Shown here piece after piece: positions 27,279 through 40,699 of a DNA stretch of 64,000 bases (position 1 is the first letter of the stretch; every line of letters starts with the position of its first letter). Origin of the DNA: Octopus vulgaris (taxonomy: Eukaryota); assembly GCA_951406725.2 (NCBI GenBank), contig OX597827.1, forward strand, positions 20,708,001 to 20,772,000, in the 5' to 3' direction. A model generated the notes under the pieces. It did no database searches. It was not told the origin of the DNA and saw only the letters and a list, made by a program, of their open reading frames with translations. The translations under genes were made by a program, and so were the position numbers.

Positions 27279-28035
27279 GGCATATACATACATACATACA
27301 AACACACAGATACATATATACATATATATGTACATATATTCAAGCAAACATGTCTGATGCTAAATATCTTCAGCAGAGATGAGTTTTTCCATAGTGTTTA
27401 AACCATTGATAAATTTCATTTTCATATCTTGCAATTATTGGCATCTTAATTATGTGATATTATTTCAAAGGTCATATGACCAGACGTTAAAAGGTTAAGT
27501 CATTGTAGACCTCTGGGTATTAAACACACACATTAGGCATTTCCCAGGGGGGCAACAAATTTAGCCACTTGAGCGTGGAGAGCATCAAGCAAGCATCATT
27601 GGTGAGAAAAATAAAAGGTACGCAGCTCTATAAATACACAGGTCTCTCACTCGTACAACACACATATATATGTTTATACACACATACATGTATACACACA
27701 CACATATTTGTGTACACACACATATATATATATTTACACAAACACACATATATATTTTATTAGAAGCTGCAGTTTTTTGCATCCTATTACAAATAGAAGA
27801 AAGGAAACAATATGACATTATAGAAGCAAAAATGGTTTTTAAATACATTGGAATATGATTAGTCATCAAGATTTGATGACTTGTCCTACAAAGTGGTTCC
27901 ACTTAGACATTAGAGATGGTGAGTAAAACAACGGAATGGATACAGCAGACGTGTGGAAAGTATGAAGTTTCACAAAAGAAATAAATGACAGGTGAACCAG
28001 TGACTGAACAGAGCAAAGCAGATGAAACTGTATTT

Positions 28036-28450
28036 ATAATAATAATGAAATTATTGTATACTGTGCTCAGGTGCACCACAACTTGTCAAAAGTGCATATA
28101 AAGTATATGCAGTAGTGTACAAATGTTTGGAAAGTGAACAGTCTATGAGTCAGATACATGCTTGCGTGTGTATGGAGGGGAGAAAATCAGGTATAGTGTT
28201 GACGAATCTCAGGAAGCATGGAAGTTTTGAAGGATGCAGTGCTCCGACAACTAACAACTGATGCTGGCAGTTTGTTCCATGCTTCAGCAAATCTTACCGT
28301 GAAAAAATGTTTCTGACTTTGTAAACTTGTCCATGGGTGTTAGACGGTTGGAGTTTGAAAAGGTGCTCAGAATTATTGTTTTTAAGATGGTTAATAATTT
28401 TATGGGTGTCTGCCAAGTCAGCTGCCAGACATCGGAGTTTCAATGTATCC
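28036..28450 (-). mobile_element. CR1-like LINE 3' end
   Basis: Minus peptides LAADLADTHKIIN, SNTHG and HFFTVRFAEAWNKLPASVVSCRSTASFK, then an (ATT)n tail. Short tail-only copies at 23770-23820 and 55695-55765. Confidence 0.8.
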
Positions 28451-29039
28451 ATGCCCCCACGGCCTTTTCTGATGTAGTGCAGCTAAAACGGCAAAGATAT
28501 GCAACTTCCACTGCAATATGTATCCTGGCTCATTACACTCATGGAATTTTGCAAGATAGTTTTTTTACATTTTTGTTAAAGAAAGCATGAGCTTTCCAAA
28601 CAATGGCATTGATTTCTTCGACTAACTTCCAACACCAGAACAATATAGGAAAAGTCCAAGAGCCATGGAATGTGTGATATAAAGCAGGAACAATAAAAGG
28701 AACCATTCTGAATATTGATACAAAGGTGCACAACAAGATATTTAGAATGGTTTTTACTATAAAAGTTTCCCAATGTTAAAAGCTAACAAACATCAGCATA
28801 GTTTCCAATGACTAACACAGCAGAAAGGATAGAGGCTCACTTCAGCTGGAATTGGTTTTAATATCATATTAAGGGCTGGTGGAGGGGTAGAATTTATCAG
28901 AGAAAAGAAATGCAAAAATAGAAATGAATTCTGAACTTTTTACATTCTGTGAAGCTTTTTTTTCATGGTTATATTTTTAGGATTAGGAAAAAAAACCCAA
29001 AAAACCCAGCAGTCAGTAGAGTAGCTGGATTTGTTTAAT

Positions 29040-29700
29040 CAGAATAATAGTAAGAGACCTAAAAGTAGACCAAGGAAAATTATTTGGTTTGTCCCACCCT
29101 TTTCCCTTAATGTAAAAACTAACATAGGTAAAAGATTCCTATCACTCCTAGACAAACACTTTCCAGTAACTCCCAAATACAGGATAATATTTAATAGGCA
29201 TTTTATGAAATTATCCTATAGCTGCTGCCCCACTATGAAGAGTATAATTACACGAGGTCAATACCAAGAGCCTATATCCAGTTGTAACTAGAGAGTCAGG
29301 ATCTTGTCCACTTGACCAATGATGTATAATTAAATCTGTCATAGATGAGGCAGAATTTACTGCAATGCTAGATGATAATACAACAGATAAGAGGACCTGT
29401 ATTGGATTATATGAAGGAGAATTCAAAAATCACAATGCCAATCACACAACCTCCTTCCGACATAGGGACAAAAGCAAAGCTATTAAGTTGGTAAGCCACA
29501 TATGGAGTTTGAAATCTAATGCAACACGACATGTGATTAAGTGGAAAATAACTCCAAAATCTGCACCTTATGTTAATGGATGAAATAAATGTAAGCTATG
29601 TTTAGCTGTAAGAGCTCAGATACTTTTCAGATCTAAGACCCCTAACTCACTACAGAACACTGGGTCTACAGTTTTCTGTGGTTGTAAACATTTTGAAGAA
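29040..29700 (+). pseudogene. Penelope-like element linker + GIY-YIG endonuclease remnant
   Basis: RKIIWFVPPFSLNVKTNIGKRFLSLLDKHFP, LSYSC, CN*R..CPL, CIGLYEGEFK, HIWSLK, IKWKI, KCKLCL, with stops and frameshifts. Confidence 0.85.
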
Positions 29701-29801
29701 CTGGAAAATTCCGTCTATACTTGAGTAACTTGTTGATATCACTCCAACCTTATAATTGAAGGTCTAAGGAGGATAACTCTTTTACCTTTTTCATTTTCTG
29801 T

Positions 29802-30161
29802 TTTTTTTTAACCTTCCATGTTTTCTGTATGCTTCCTTCTCAACTGTTCAAGGGGTCAGAAATGTGGGTGACAAGAGGATGAGAGCGTATATAAAATGTG
29901 GTAAAAAAGTACTTGATCAGCTAAGAGGGAGTGCTTTTCTACTCTGATGTGTGTGGGTGGGTGAGTGTGTGTGGGGGTATGGGTGTGTGTGGGGAGATGT
30001 ATTTAGCACCTTATCTACCATCACTCCCTCTCTCTCTCTCTCTCTCTTCCTCTCACACACACACCCTAATCCTAACGCTCTCATCCTCTTGTCACCCACA
30101 TTTCTGACCCCTTGAACAGTTGAGAAGGAAGCATACAGAAAAGATGGAAGGTTAAAAAAAA
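29802..30161. repeat. ~87-bp inverted repeat with ~185-bp spacer at the 3' end of the Penelope-like remnant
   Basis: 29802-29888 and 30075-30161 are near-perfect reverse complements. Confidence 0.9.
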
Positions 30162-30170
30162 CCCCAGAAA

Positions 30171-30201
<31 letters not shown>

Positions 30202-30382
30202 CAGACAGACATATATATATATATATATATGCAACGACGATGGGGATGATATATACTTATGCACACACTGCCAGACCTACGCGCACATATAAATATACTT
30301 CTCAGTCTTTCACTACCACTGTTCTTTTGAATTTTATTTCACCATGCTTGCACTTTTGGAGAGGTCTTTTGTGGTCAAGTCT

Positions 30383-30417
<35 letters not shown>

Positions 30418-31369
30418 AACACATGCTAATGATACTAACATGTATCACTGACAGGGGTGAGGAGTTTCATATGTAAGCATGCCAGGTAGGTTAATATGTA
30501 ACAACTGCTGGGAATGACCAATATGCACCATTGTACACATTGGTGCCAGAAGGGCTTGCCAAAACTATTACTAGGAAAAGCTGAAAATACATGCACACAC
30601 ACACACACATGTCTGTATGTACACACATGCACACACACATAAATATATACACATATTTATACATATATTTTATTACATATATATATATATATGTACTCAT
30701 GTACACACACCTTCACATGGGAGAAATACTATTATAACATTCCATTTACTGTTGATGGTGATTTCAATTATTGGTGCTTCAGAGTTCAAGACCTTCCAAC
30801 ATTTATTTAGTACCAATACCTCAATATTTCTGCCATGCCTCTAGGCTATGGCTACCATTTCTATTTAAATCGGGGAACTGTTATAAAAGGGAAGCAAGAT
30901 GAAGGTAATCTATCATGGCCTTCATTTCATAGGTTCAAACAATCGCCAGATTTTCGACTACACATATTGTAATAAAGTTACCTTCTCGAGTCATGTCCAT
31001 TCGCAAGGGTTGGGTTCCCGGTTTCATGGCGTAGTTATTCCCTACCTGGATGGGACACCGGTCAGTCACAGGGTAAAGATTTACCTTTTGGGTTCAAATC
31101 CTGTCAAAGTTGGTTTTACCTTTCATTCATGTAGCAGTCAAGTAAATAAAGAACCAATTACGTTCTGAGATTGACTAAATCAACTGATATCCCTCCACCG
31201 AAACGCTTATTACTACAGGAAGACAAATCCTGGATTTCATCGGAGAAAAAGCCTTGCTTGATACGATAAAGAAAAGAGTATGTAGAAACTCCATATGCTA
31301 GACATAATGTAAGCTATGAATGCACAAGAGATGCAGTGGAATCATGGGCTAACGGGAGGGTGGGTGGAG

Positions 31370-31950
31370 GAGACAAGCCCTGCATGGGTCAAATGCAAAT
31401 GAGGCAATGTGCACTTAAGTGTACACTGGAAATAGTTGATAGCTTTTGTTACCTAGGTAACATAATTAGCGGGAGAGGCAGTTGTTGAAAGATTTGTAGC
31501 AGCCAGAGTAAGAATCGGTTCGAGGAGCTTTTACCTCTGCTGGCAACAAAGGTCCTCTTCCTTGGAGTGAAGGGAAGATTGTACATTGCTTATGTTTGGA
31601 ATTGTGATACTGATTAGTAGTTTAAAATGGGTTTTAAATGCAAAAATCTTGTGAAGTCTAGAAAGAAGTGAAGTGATCATGCTCAAGTAGGTGTGTACAG
31701 ATGCACTGAGTGAGAGGAACGAAGAGAGAGAGAGAGTTGTGCTCATGTGGGCATTTGTTGTGTGTGGAGAATGATTGCTACATGAGGAAGTGCCATGCAT
31801 TTCAAGTTTGTGAAATCTGTGGAAGAGGTAGATTGAGAAAGACTTGGGAGAAAATGGTGAAGAATAACCTGAAGATTCTGCATGTGTCACTGAGGAGATG
31901 ACAAAGGATGATACCGATCGATGATACATGGTACTGCAGAAAAGCCAACT
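31370..31950 (+). mobile_element. Decayed RTE ORF C-terminal fragment
   Basis: LEIVDSFCYLG, ARVRI, ELLPLLATK and GRGRLRKTWEKMVK, matching 8830-9400. Confidence 0.8.
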
Positions 31951-32624
31951 ACATGTGATAAAAGGTACCCTGGCAGACAGGTAGAGGTTTCAGGTTGACT
32001 TAGATATTCTGTACTGTCAGGCCTACATTTGCTGTCCTCTCATCTTGCACGCTTGACTGCTCATCCCTCATGCACATATTGCTCACTTTTCTGTATTACC
32101 CATCTCTTTAGCACTTGTAGACCTCCATCTGTCATCTGCCCACCCTCAGTGCTGACCAAATTATTTTTCACTGACCCTCTCACCATTCACTCAGCCTATA
32201 TATAAGGGACTAAACTGTACAGCCCTCATCCAATACCTTAATACTATTCTGTTGCCAGTCACCTCTCTCTTTCCTTGCCACCCACCACCTACTGTTACTC
32301 TTGCTTCATCCCCCACTCTGCCCTTTTTCCTCTGCACACTCTTGCTCCTTCCACCAACCCACCTCTTTTTCTGTCATTGCCTCTCTCTCTTTCTTATTCC
32401 CTTCCTTGGTCACCTGACCAAATGTACACACTCTACGTTATTGAGCACTCTCCTTACTCACAGCCTCATCTCACTGTCAGGCATCAGTTTCTCCAGGCAT
32501 TTCTCCTTCTTTTGTTTCCCTCCATGTTTGTTCTTTTTGCTCAAGTTGTTTGATGCACATTAACAATTAACAAACATTGTACTCTGCCTTTTGTTTACTG
32601 TACTCTATTTATGTAATCCTAACG

Positions 32625-32846
32625 ATCATAAGTCCTTCCTGAGCCATAGGCTCACCATAGGGTCAGTTTCTCAGATTCTTCACTGTATGCATTCTTCCCT
32701 GGACAGGTTGCTTGTCCAAATGCAGGATTGCTCATTTTTGCCAGCTGAGCAGACTGAAGAAACATGAAAAGCAATGTCACACATTGCCTGGTCTGGGAAT
32801 TGAAACCACAATCCTACAATCACAAGTGCAACACCCTAACCACTAA
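32625..32846 (-). mobile_element. SINE type D
   Basis: GTGGTTAGGGTG head, GTTTCAATTCC B box and CTCAGCTGGCAAAAATGAG block shared with 42100-42334. Confidence 0.7.
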
Positions 32847-34633
32847 CCCTAACCCACCCCCCACTCACATTTATAAAACATGCATTAAAAAATATTTCCT
32901 AGACCAGTGGTTCTCAGGTTCACAAATACCAGCCGATGCCCCCACCTCACTCCACCCCATGCCAAATATTACCAAATTTGTCCACTCTCCCCACCCCTTC
33001 TTTATTAGTGACAAGACAATATCACATCTGTATAATTCTTGTTTCTTTGCCAATATGCTGGACAAAATTTAAGACATTTACAAACCTTCTTCCAATCCTC
33101 TCCCATCACCCTCAACCCCCACCACTTCCCCTCAAGTGAAAAACTCTGTCCAACACCAAATGGAATTTTCAATAGATGCATCTAGAATCTCTGAGGTTAC
33201 TCACAGTTATCAAATCTTACTAACAAAACATTAAATAGAATAATATCTAACAAAGAGGATCAACTCCTCAGAGTAACTGAAAGTACTCTTATTTATTCTA
33301 AACAAATGTTTCATTGTTGTTCTTGTTGCTGTCAGGCAATGAAACCTGAGAATCCAACCATGACTTCTCTCCACCTTTGCCTGACACAATTAGAAGACAA
33401 AAGTTCATGCTGGGAATGGAACCCTTGACTTCACAGGTTTCAACCTCTTCATCCCAATAGATCAAAAATATTAACCAACCATCCATATTATTGGAACGAA
33501 CTTAATGATAGAGCAGGTATCAGCCATAGGTGTGTGTGAGTGTGGGGGTGGGGGTGGCAGTCCACAAGAGGACCACTGAGGTGTTCTCTCTGTGCTTTGG
33601 GCCTTTTCTGAAATATTTTTCAAATTTAATGGTTTTGTGCCATTGGCCAGTTGAAAGCTTTGAGACAGTTTTTGTGTCAGTTTGTTTGATATTTGCTTCC
33701 ATAAGCAACTTGCCAGTGATGGAAATGGCGATGGCGGGGGAAATATATTTATATGTAACATATATTTAAGCCAACATGGGATAAAAGTAAGTTATTTAAA
33801 TAGAAGTTACTGATCCTTAAAGAGACCAGGGAGACAAGTTAGTTTGTCTACAGGATTATTAACTGTTCAACATAAACACACAGAAAATGATGAGTTGTAG
33901 ACAGATGACCTGTTCATGCAGAATTTCATCAACTCAATTTGGGACGTGCTCTGCTGTTTGAACCATCATATGATGTGTACTGCTTCTAACAAACTGGAAC
34001 TGCCTTCTGGTATCACTGTCAGGTCAAAGAGTTCTAAAAATTATTTATAATTCTCTGCTTGATTCAAAACAAGCCAATGTCTTGTGTACATACATTCAGT
34101 TACAATGAATCTCCCAGTTGTAAAATATATTTTAATAGCCTACTCTTTGATTGAACATCATTACAGATATCAGATGATTAGGGGTGGGCGTAGGGAGTGT
34201 CAGTCAACTGATACACACACAAATATAAACCTCTTTGACATTGTGTATCCATCAATTTTTCCAACCTGTTTGTTGTACCATTTCAATGTCTACGTCTATC
34301 TTTCCGTCTGTCTATCATAATATCTATCAATTGATTGATCGATTTCTATGCCAGACTTTTCCCTCCCCTACTCCTCCATGGTTTTATCGTCTGTCTCTCT
34401 ATCTTCTCATAAGTTCACATAAGCACATACAAGCCATCAGTTTTCCATTCAACGATTTTTAGGAGTCATTTTGTGTAAGACACTCGTGTCAAGAATGATA
34501 AAACTCATACAATTATTAACACAACTAGACCCTATTTTTCAGGCAAATCTCTTTATTCAGAGAGAAGAGAAAGAAGGAAGACAAAAAAATATAAAGGCAA
34601 AGAAAAAAAAACAGACACCATCAAAGAAAATAC

Positions 34634-35330
34634 CTGAAAATGTTGGTAATTGTATCCGACAGCATCGGCCGGCAAACTATTGCAGAAAGACTACAAACCA
34701 TTTTGATTGGAAATTGGTAGTGAAAGGGAAAAGAGGAAAAAAATGGAACAGAAGAAATAAAAAAGAAAGAAAGAAAAATATGTAAAAAATGTATAACAAC
34801 CCCAAATTTAGAAAAGGAAAACAAGAAAACGTATTATAAGTCGATCAAACGATATTATGATATAAGTCGACTAATGTAGGAGGCTGCAATGGAATTTTTA
34901 TAGAAACTCTCACTCTCACAAAAAAAAGTAAAAAAAAAAAAAAACATTTTCAGTCAATCTGTTTTAATAAGCATAATGTCTATAAATGCTTCACATTTAT
35001 TTCTTCCAGCATACCAATTCCATTATCATCAGTTTAGTTGTATTTTATATTTTTTCATTGTTTAATATATTTTTGTTTCTTTTTTTTGCCTTCTTAATTC
35101 TTTCTTCTTGTAGTCTGAATGTTTTTTTTCAATCAGAAAGGAAACAAACTGAATAAAAGAGTTAGTTTATGTAATAAATTGAAAGTTTTGTACAAGTTGT
35201 TGGATCATTAATTTGAATAAATATTTTTCATCCTCCACTCACATAATCTGTGTTCAACACACTCTCCGATGCTTGTCAGCTTACTAATGGCTGCCACACT
35301 CTGTGCTGTTCTGCTTTTTGCTGTATTTAT
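34634..35330 (-). other. Candidate first exon (5' UTR + MLSDTITNIF) with splice donor
   Basis: Non-repetitive segment. GCCGGCCGATGCTGTCGG start and CAG|GTATTT donor at 34634/34633. No homology evidence. Confidence 0.2.
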
Positions 35331-35376
35331 ATTTAGCTTTACTCACATAAACACAAACGCACACATACACAGGCAA

Positions 35377-35931
35377 TATTATATATATATATATATATAC
35401 ATAGACACACACACACATATATACATACACACACACATATATGTATATACATACACACACACATATATGTATATACATACACACACACATATATATGTAT
35501 ATACATACATATATATACACATACATACATATATATATATACATACATGCATACTTACATATATATACATACATATACATACACATGCATACTTACATAT
35601 ATATACATACATACACACATATATATACATATACATATATACACGCACATATATATACATATACATATACACGCACATATATATACATATACATACATAC
35701 ACGCACATATATATACATATACATACATACACGCACATATATATACATACATACATACACGCACATATACATACATACATACACACACATATATACACAC
35801 ACATATATACATATACATACATACACATATATATACATATACATACATATACACACATATACATACATACATACATACATATACATACACACACACAGAC
35901 ATATATATATATACGTACACACACACACACA
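35377..35931. repeat. Compound CA/TA minisatellite with ~30-bp higher-order units
   Basis: Repeated TACACGCACATATATATACATATACATACA units at about 35640-35790. Confidence 0.9.
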
Positions 35932-36465
35932 GGTACATATATTCTCTCACTTTCTCTCTCTCACTTTTAATTCAACAAAATTTCCTCACATTTCTACTCC
36001 TTCTCCCTCTCTATCTTTTGCTCCATCACTAACTTTTACTCCTCCTGCCCCCCTCCCTCTCTCCCTCTCTCTCTTATTCCATTGTAGCTTTATCCTTTTC
36101 TTTTGTTACCTCCATCTCTTTTATTTATTTGATTTTATTTGCTTTATTCTCTTTCCAATTCCCTTCCTCTCTTTCTCTCTCTCTCTCTCTCTCTGTATCT
36201 GCCTTTCCCTCCCTCATTCAATCACACACACACTCTCTCTCTCTCCTTTTCCCTCTTCTCTCTTTCTCTCTCTCCCTCCTCTCCCTCCTTTAATCTAATT
36301 CACTCTCCTCCTCTCCTGCTTCTCCATCCTCTCCATTTGTCACCCCTTTCTCTCCGACAACCATAACATCCAACAATAATCCTGTTTAACATGAGTTAAT
36401 TCAATAGATCTGCTTTTTAAAGCGAAGCCATTGAATAGAGATGGATGTTTGGGTGTAGACCGGGG

Positions 36466-36496
<31 letters not shown>

Positions 36497-36836
36497 AAGA
36501 CTGGTTCAATACCAATCTGTAACTAAAGTTTCAATAGATCCATTCATTAGTATGCTGTCTTATTTATGAGTCAAAGCTAGACAATGTTATAGAAACGGTG
36601 GAGCAAAGCTGGGCACTGAACTTTGGTTCCTATCACGTTCTATCACTATTTCCATTCACCTTTATGTCTGCCCCCCCACACACACACACACACATGCATA
36701 TATATGGACACTGTGGAAAAATTTTCCTTTTTACTTGGACAAAAGATTAGTTCCAAAATGTTCGGCTTCTTTTCTTCCCGTGGCATTTAAACTTAGCCAA
36801 ACTCAAGGAATTCACTGTATAATTTTTACACTCATT

Positions 36837-36868
<32 letters not shown>

Positions 36869-36913
36869 TGTGCGTGTGAGCGTGTGTGTGTGTGTGAGCT
36901 CATCATCATCATC

Positions 36914-37050
36914 ATTCGACCTTTTAGCATTTAAACTAGCCAGATCCTGACCCCAAAATATTCGACCAGTTTTATGTTCAAACCAGCTGAATCCGGCCTC
37001 TCACATCTACCCTGCAATGTCATTCCAAAAACAAAAACATCATCAAAAAC
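36914..37050. mobile_element. Partial copy of the piggyBac-type MITE
   Basis: Matches the reverse complement of 38430-38566 (TTTAGCATTTAAAC, TTTTATGTTCAAAC, CTCTCACA). Confidence 0.75.
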
Positions 37051-37895
37051 TGTTCAGGACGATTTTTGGGCCGGGACCTATGAACAACTTCCAGAAATCC
37101 CTGGTGTGGCAGAGCTATCGTGAAACGCTACCCATTTAGGATAAGCTCTACAGGCATGGCTCAAGAAACATGGGGCCGACCTGCCCGAGATGCGGTCAGA
37201 GCGACAAAACCATTCTGCACGCACTTGTGCAGTGTCCAACCATTTCCAGCCTGTAGGCCTATGTCTAATGACTGCTATCACGTTTGGGATGAGTCAGTTT
37301 ATCAGCTGAGTCTATCATTAATATTGTTGCGCCTCCTGCCTTCAAATGGGAAGGAAGAGCCATTTTTATCATACTTATGGCTATGGTGAAAAAATGTGTA
37401 TGGTGGACATGTCTGAAAGGCCTAGAGACAAACACTTTCCTCTCTGGTCAACTTCTACAAGTATCACTTGAAAAGGAAGGTGAGAGTAGAGAGGGAAGTT
37501 TTGTTTAGCAAATGTTTCAATAAAAGATGGGTGAATGTAGCAAGGATGGCACGTGTGAATGATGGAGCCACCTTGAGCATAATCCTATGAATGAGGAAAA
37601 GAAAGGAAAAAAAGAGTCACTTACTGTGATGTGTCTTTGTAGGACATTATTGTTGTTGGTCTTTTCCGTAGGCTTTTCTTTCCACGGATAAACCTAATCT
37701 GTTTTCTCTATTTTGTAACATTTACAATATTTTCTGTGATACACAATCCCTTTCGATCAGCCCTTTTTTTTTTCCATGATCCCTTTTGATCGAAATTTTA
37801 TTTTTCTTTTCTCATTTTCCTTTCTTCAAAAGAAAAGCTCTACATTGTATTTTGTCCCCTCTGTGTTCAGCTCTGTGTGGCTAATAAAGAAACAT
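37047..37895 (+). mobile_element. Tx1/L1-like LINE 3' end with zf-RVT zinc knuckle
   Basis: KLFRTIFGPGPMNNFQKSLVWQSYRETLPI*DKLYRHG..TCPRCGQSDKTILHALVQC, then HLKRKVRVERE..RWVNV..IL*. 3' UTR ends AATAAAGAAA. Confidence 0.8.
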
Positions 37896-38337
37896 ATCTA
37901 TCTATCTATCTATCTATTTATCAATCATTTGTCCCAGCTACAATCTATAATAAGCAGTTCTTGATTGGACGACCATGCCAACCAAGTGGTCCAGCAGTGT
38001 TGAGTCTCTAATAATGGGATTTAGTCACACAGGGTGGGATGTGTGATCTGTGTATTTGTTATATAAGACTGTCCATCAAAGGACATGTCAGTGAAGAGAT
38101 GTTGTGTGAGAGTGAGTGCATGGGAGAAGACAGCAGCTGACTAGAAATAATGGTGGAAGGTTATTAAAGAAATGAGTAAATGTTTAATTAGATGAAACAA
38201 GAAAAGAAAACAGAGAAAAAGTTAGAACAAGAATCCATTACACCAGGTCTACCAACATGCATGTCTTTTGTAATGTTTGAAATCAAGGTTGTACAAGCAA
38301 GTTTGGTCTACAATGTTATGAAAGAGTAAAATGTTGC

Positions 38338-38566
38338 TTAACCCTTTAGTGTTCGCATTATTCTGCCCAAATTAATCCTTTTTTATCCACATTGCCTTGA
38401 ACTAATCAGGCATTATCTTGGAGCTATGAGATTTTGATGAGGTAGCTGTTAATTTTTAAAACGATATTGTAGGGTTGGTGTGAGAGACCAGATCTGGCCA
38501 GTTTGAACATAAAACAGGCAGAATACTTTTGGCCGGATATGGCCGGTTTAAATGCTAAAGGGTTAA
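38338..38566. mobile_element. piggyBac-type MITE
   Basis: TTAA-CCCTTTAG ... CTAAAGGG-TTAA termini. Confidence 0.85.
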
Positions 38567-38576
38567 TGCTCTAGAT

Positions 38577-38854
38577 CAGTGGCTCCCACCCTTTTTCGGG
38601 CTGCCACCCCACTTGACACCCAGACCACATTCCTAATGCCCCCATCCCAACATCTCCATTACAAACATAGACCTCTTTTTGAAGAAAATTCAAAGCAAAT
38701 GTATTTCACAAATAAAACTTTACCCAATGAAGCCATCATTTTGTTGTTTTTACATGAATCACTCCCCCCATTATCACCCCACTTTTCTTCAACGCCCTCT
38801 TGGAACTTTCCACTGCCCCCAGGGGGGCAAAACCGCCCACTTTGAGAACCACTG
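38577..38854. mobile_element. hAT (Charlie-like) MITE
   Basis: Termini CAGTGGCTCCCA / TGAGAACCACTG. Perfect 8-bp TSD CTCTAGAT at 38569-38576 and 38855-38862. Confidence 0.88.
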
Positions 38855-39137
38855 CTCTAGATGGTCATTTGATGTGCAAGAAGTAGCAGTCAAATCTTCT
38901 TCAAAGATTGAAAATTGATCAGAAGTTTACTAAACAATAACAACTCCTGAATGTTGGAGTCCATTAAGTGGAATGGCAAAGTCAGAAGAATTAATCGATG
39001 AATTTGGTGATTTGTCCAACTACCAACAGGTCAATGGTGTGTTGGATTCAGTTTGTCAGATCCAGGCTCCCATTAGGCAGAGCTAAATGACAACAACAAA
39101 AGAACTATAAAGATAATCAGGGCAGAGTCAGAGGATG

Positions 39138-39390
39138 CCATCATCATTTAATGCCCATTGTCCATGCTGGCATGGGTTGGACAGTTTGACTGGGCTGGCA
39201 CGCTGGAAGACTGTACCAGACTCCAGTCTAATTTGGAATGGTTTTCTATGGCTGGATGCCCTTTCTAATGCCAACCACTCTGAGAGTGTAATGGGTGCTT
39301 TTATGTGTCACTGGCACAGGTGCCATTTGCGTGACACCGGTATCTCCCATGACTGTGATTTTGCTCGGCTTGATGGGTCTTCTTCTCAAG
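39138..39390 (-). mobile_element. RTE LINE 3' fragment
   Basis: Reverse complement of the 17380-17640-type tail. Confidence 0.85.
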
Positions 39391-39908
39391 ATGTCTGAAC
39401 ATCAATTTGCAGGGGAATCAGAAAAACAGGTGAGAATCTGAGGGTCAAATGGTCAGTGAGGTAGGTGGAGGGGAGCATGGTGGTAATTTAGAGGAATTGA
39501 GAATATTTCTTTTGAAGTAGGAATACCAATTCAATGAGTACCAATGTTCAGGTAGCACATAGTTTTTTTTAGATAACTGAAGTACTCGTGGTTATGATGA
39601 TGATGAACTCAGGAGGGGTGGGGGTGGGGAGAGTGCCACCCACACATTCCTTCATCAGACAAGATGGATTGATTTATCTTTTAATCAATGTATGTATGCA
39701 CATCACAACATCATCTATTTAAGCAGAAACGTACACTTCTATCACACACATGCACACACGCACACAAACCCGTGAAATATTTTTACATTTGTTTCTACGC
39801 ATCTATATTTGTCTATTTCCACTGTTTATTGGCTTAATTGGCAACATCTATCTCCTTCTCTCTCTCTCTCTCTCTCGCTCTCTCTCTATCTATCTATCTA
39901 TCTACCTA

Positions 39909-39947
<39 letters not shown>

Positions 39948-40047
39948 ATGTGCCAACCAACCTCACTCTTCACAAATCTTGTTACATATTTATTTACCTA
40001 TGTGTCCAAGTATTTATGTAAGTAACAATCTATGTATATCTATCTCA

Positions 40048-40101
<54 letters not shown>

Positions 40102-40476
40102 CTAGACAGACATACATATATATATGTATATGTATGTGTATGTGTGTATGCATATCAGTCCATCAACAGCTATAATTAAGCAACCAATCTCTCATTAATC
40201 AAACTTCAAGCAGATTAGAAGAATTATTGACCTAAAGCTGGCCGAAAGGAGTGGTTGATATCAAATGAATGGGTGGTGGGGGTGGATGGTATTGGTGGCA
40301 GTAGTGATGGTGATGGTGGCAGCGGCGGCGGCTGTGGTGATGGTTGGAAAAGATGGAGAAAAGAGAAACATTCAGGCTGACATTCATTGACCTTATAATA
40401 TCAAACAACAAACATATTCCTTACCATTGTTATTACTATTAAGGAAAATATTATGACTGTTACTTAGGTCTTACAT

Positions 40477-40519
<43 letters not shown>

Positions 40520-40699
40520 CACACACACACGCACATCTATCAACATATACATATACAGACACACTTCAAAACATACATGCATACACATGCTTCTATACAA
40601 ACACATATACACACACATGTATCTCCACTCACACACATACACACACACACATATGCATTTATATACACCCATATAAACATATATGTGGACAAACATGCT

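Noticed and set aside
35269-36298. Long ORFs of up to 285 aa rich in Y/I/H/T
   Set aside because: Translations of CA/TA microsatellite that lacks stop codons; the same applies to most ORFs in the track.
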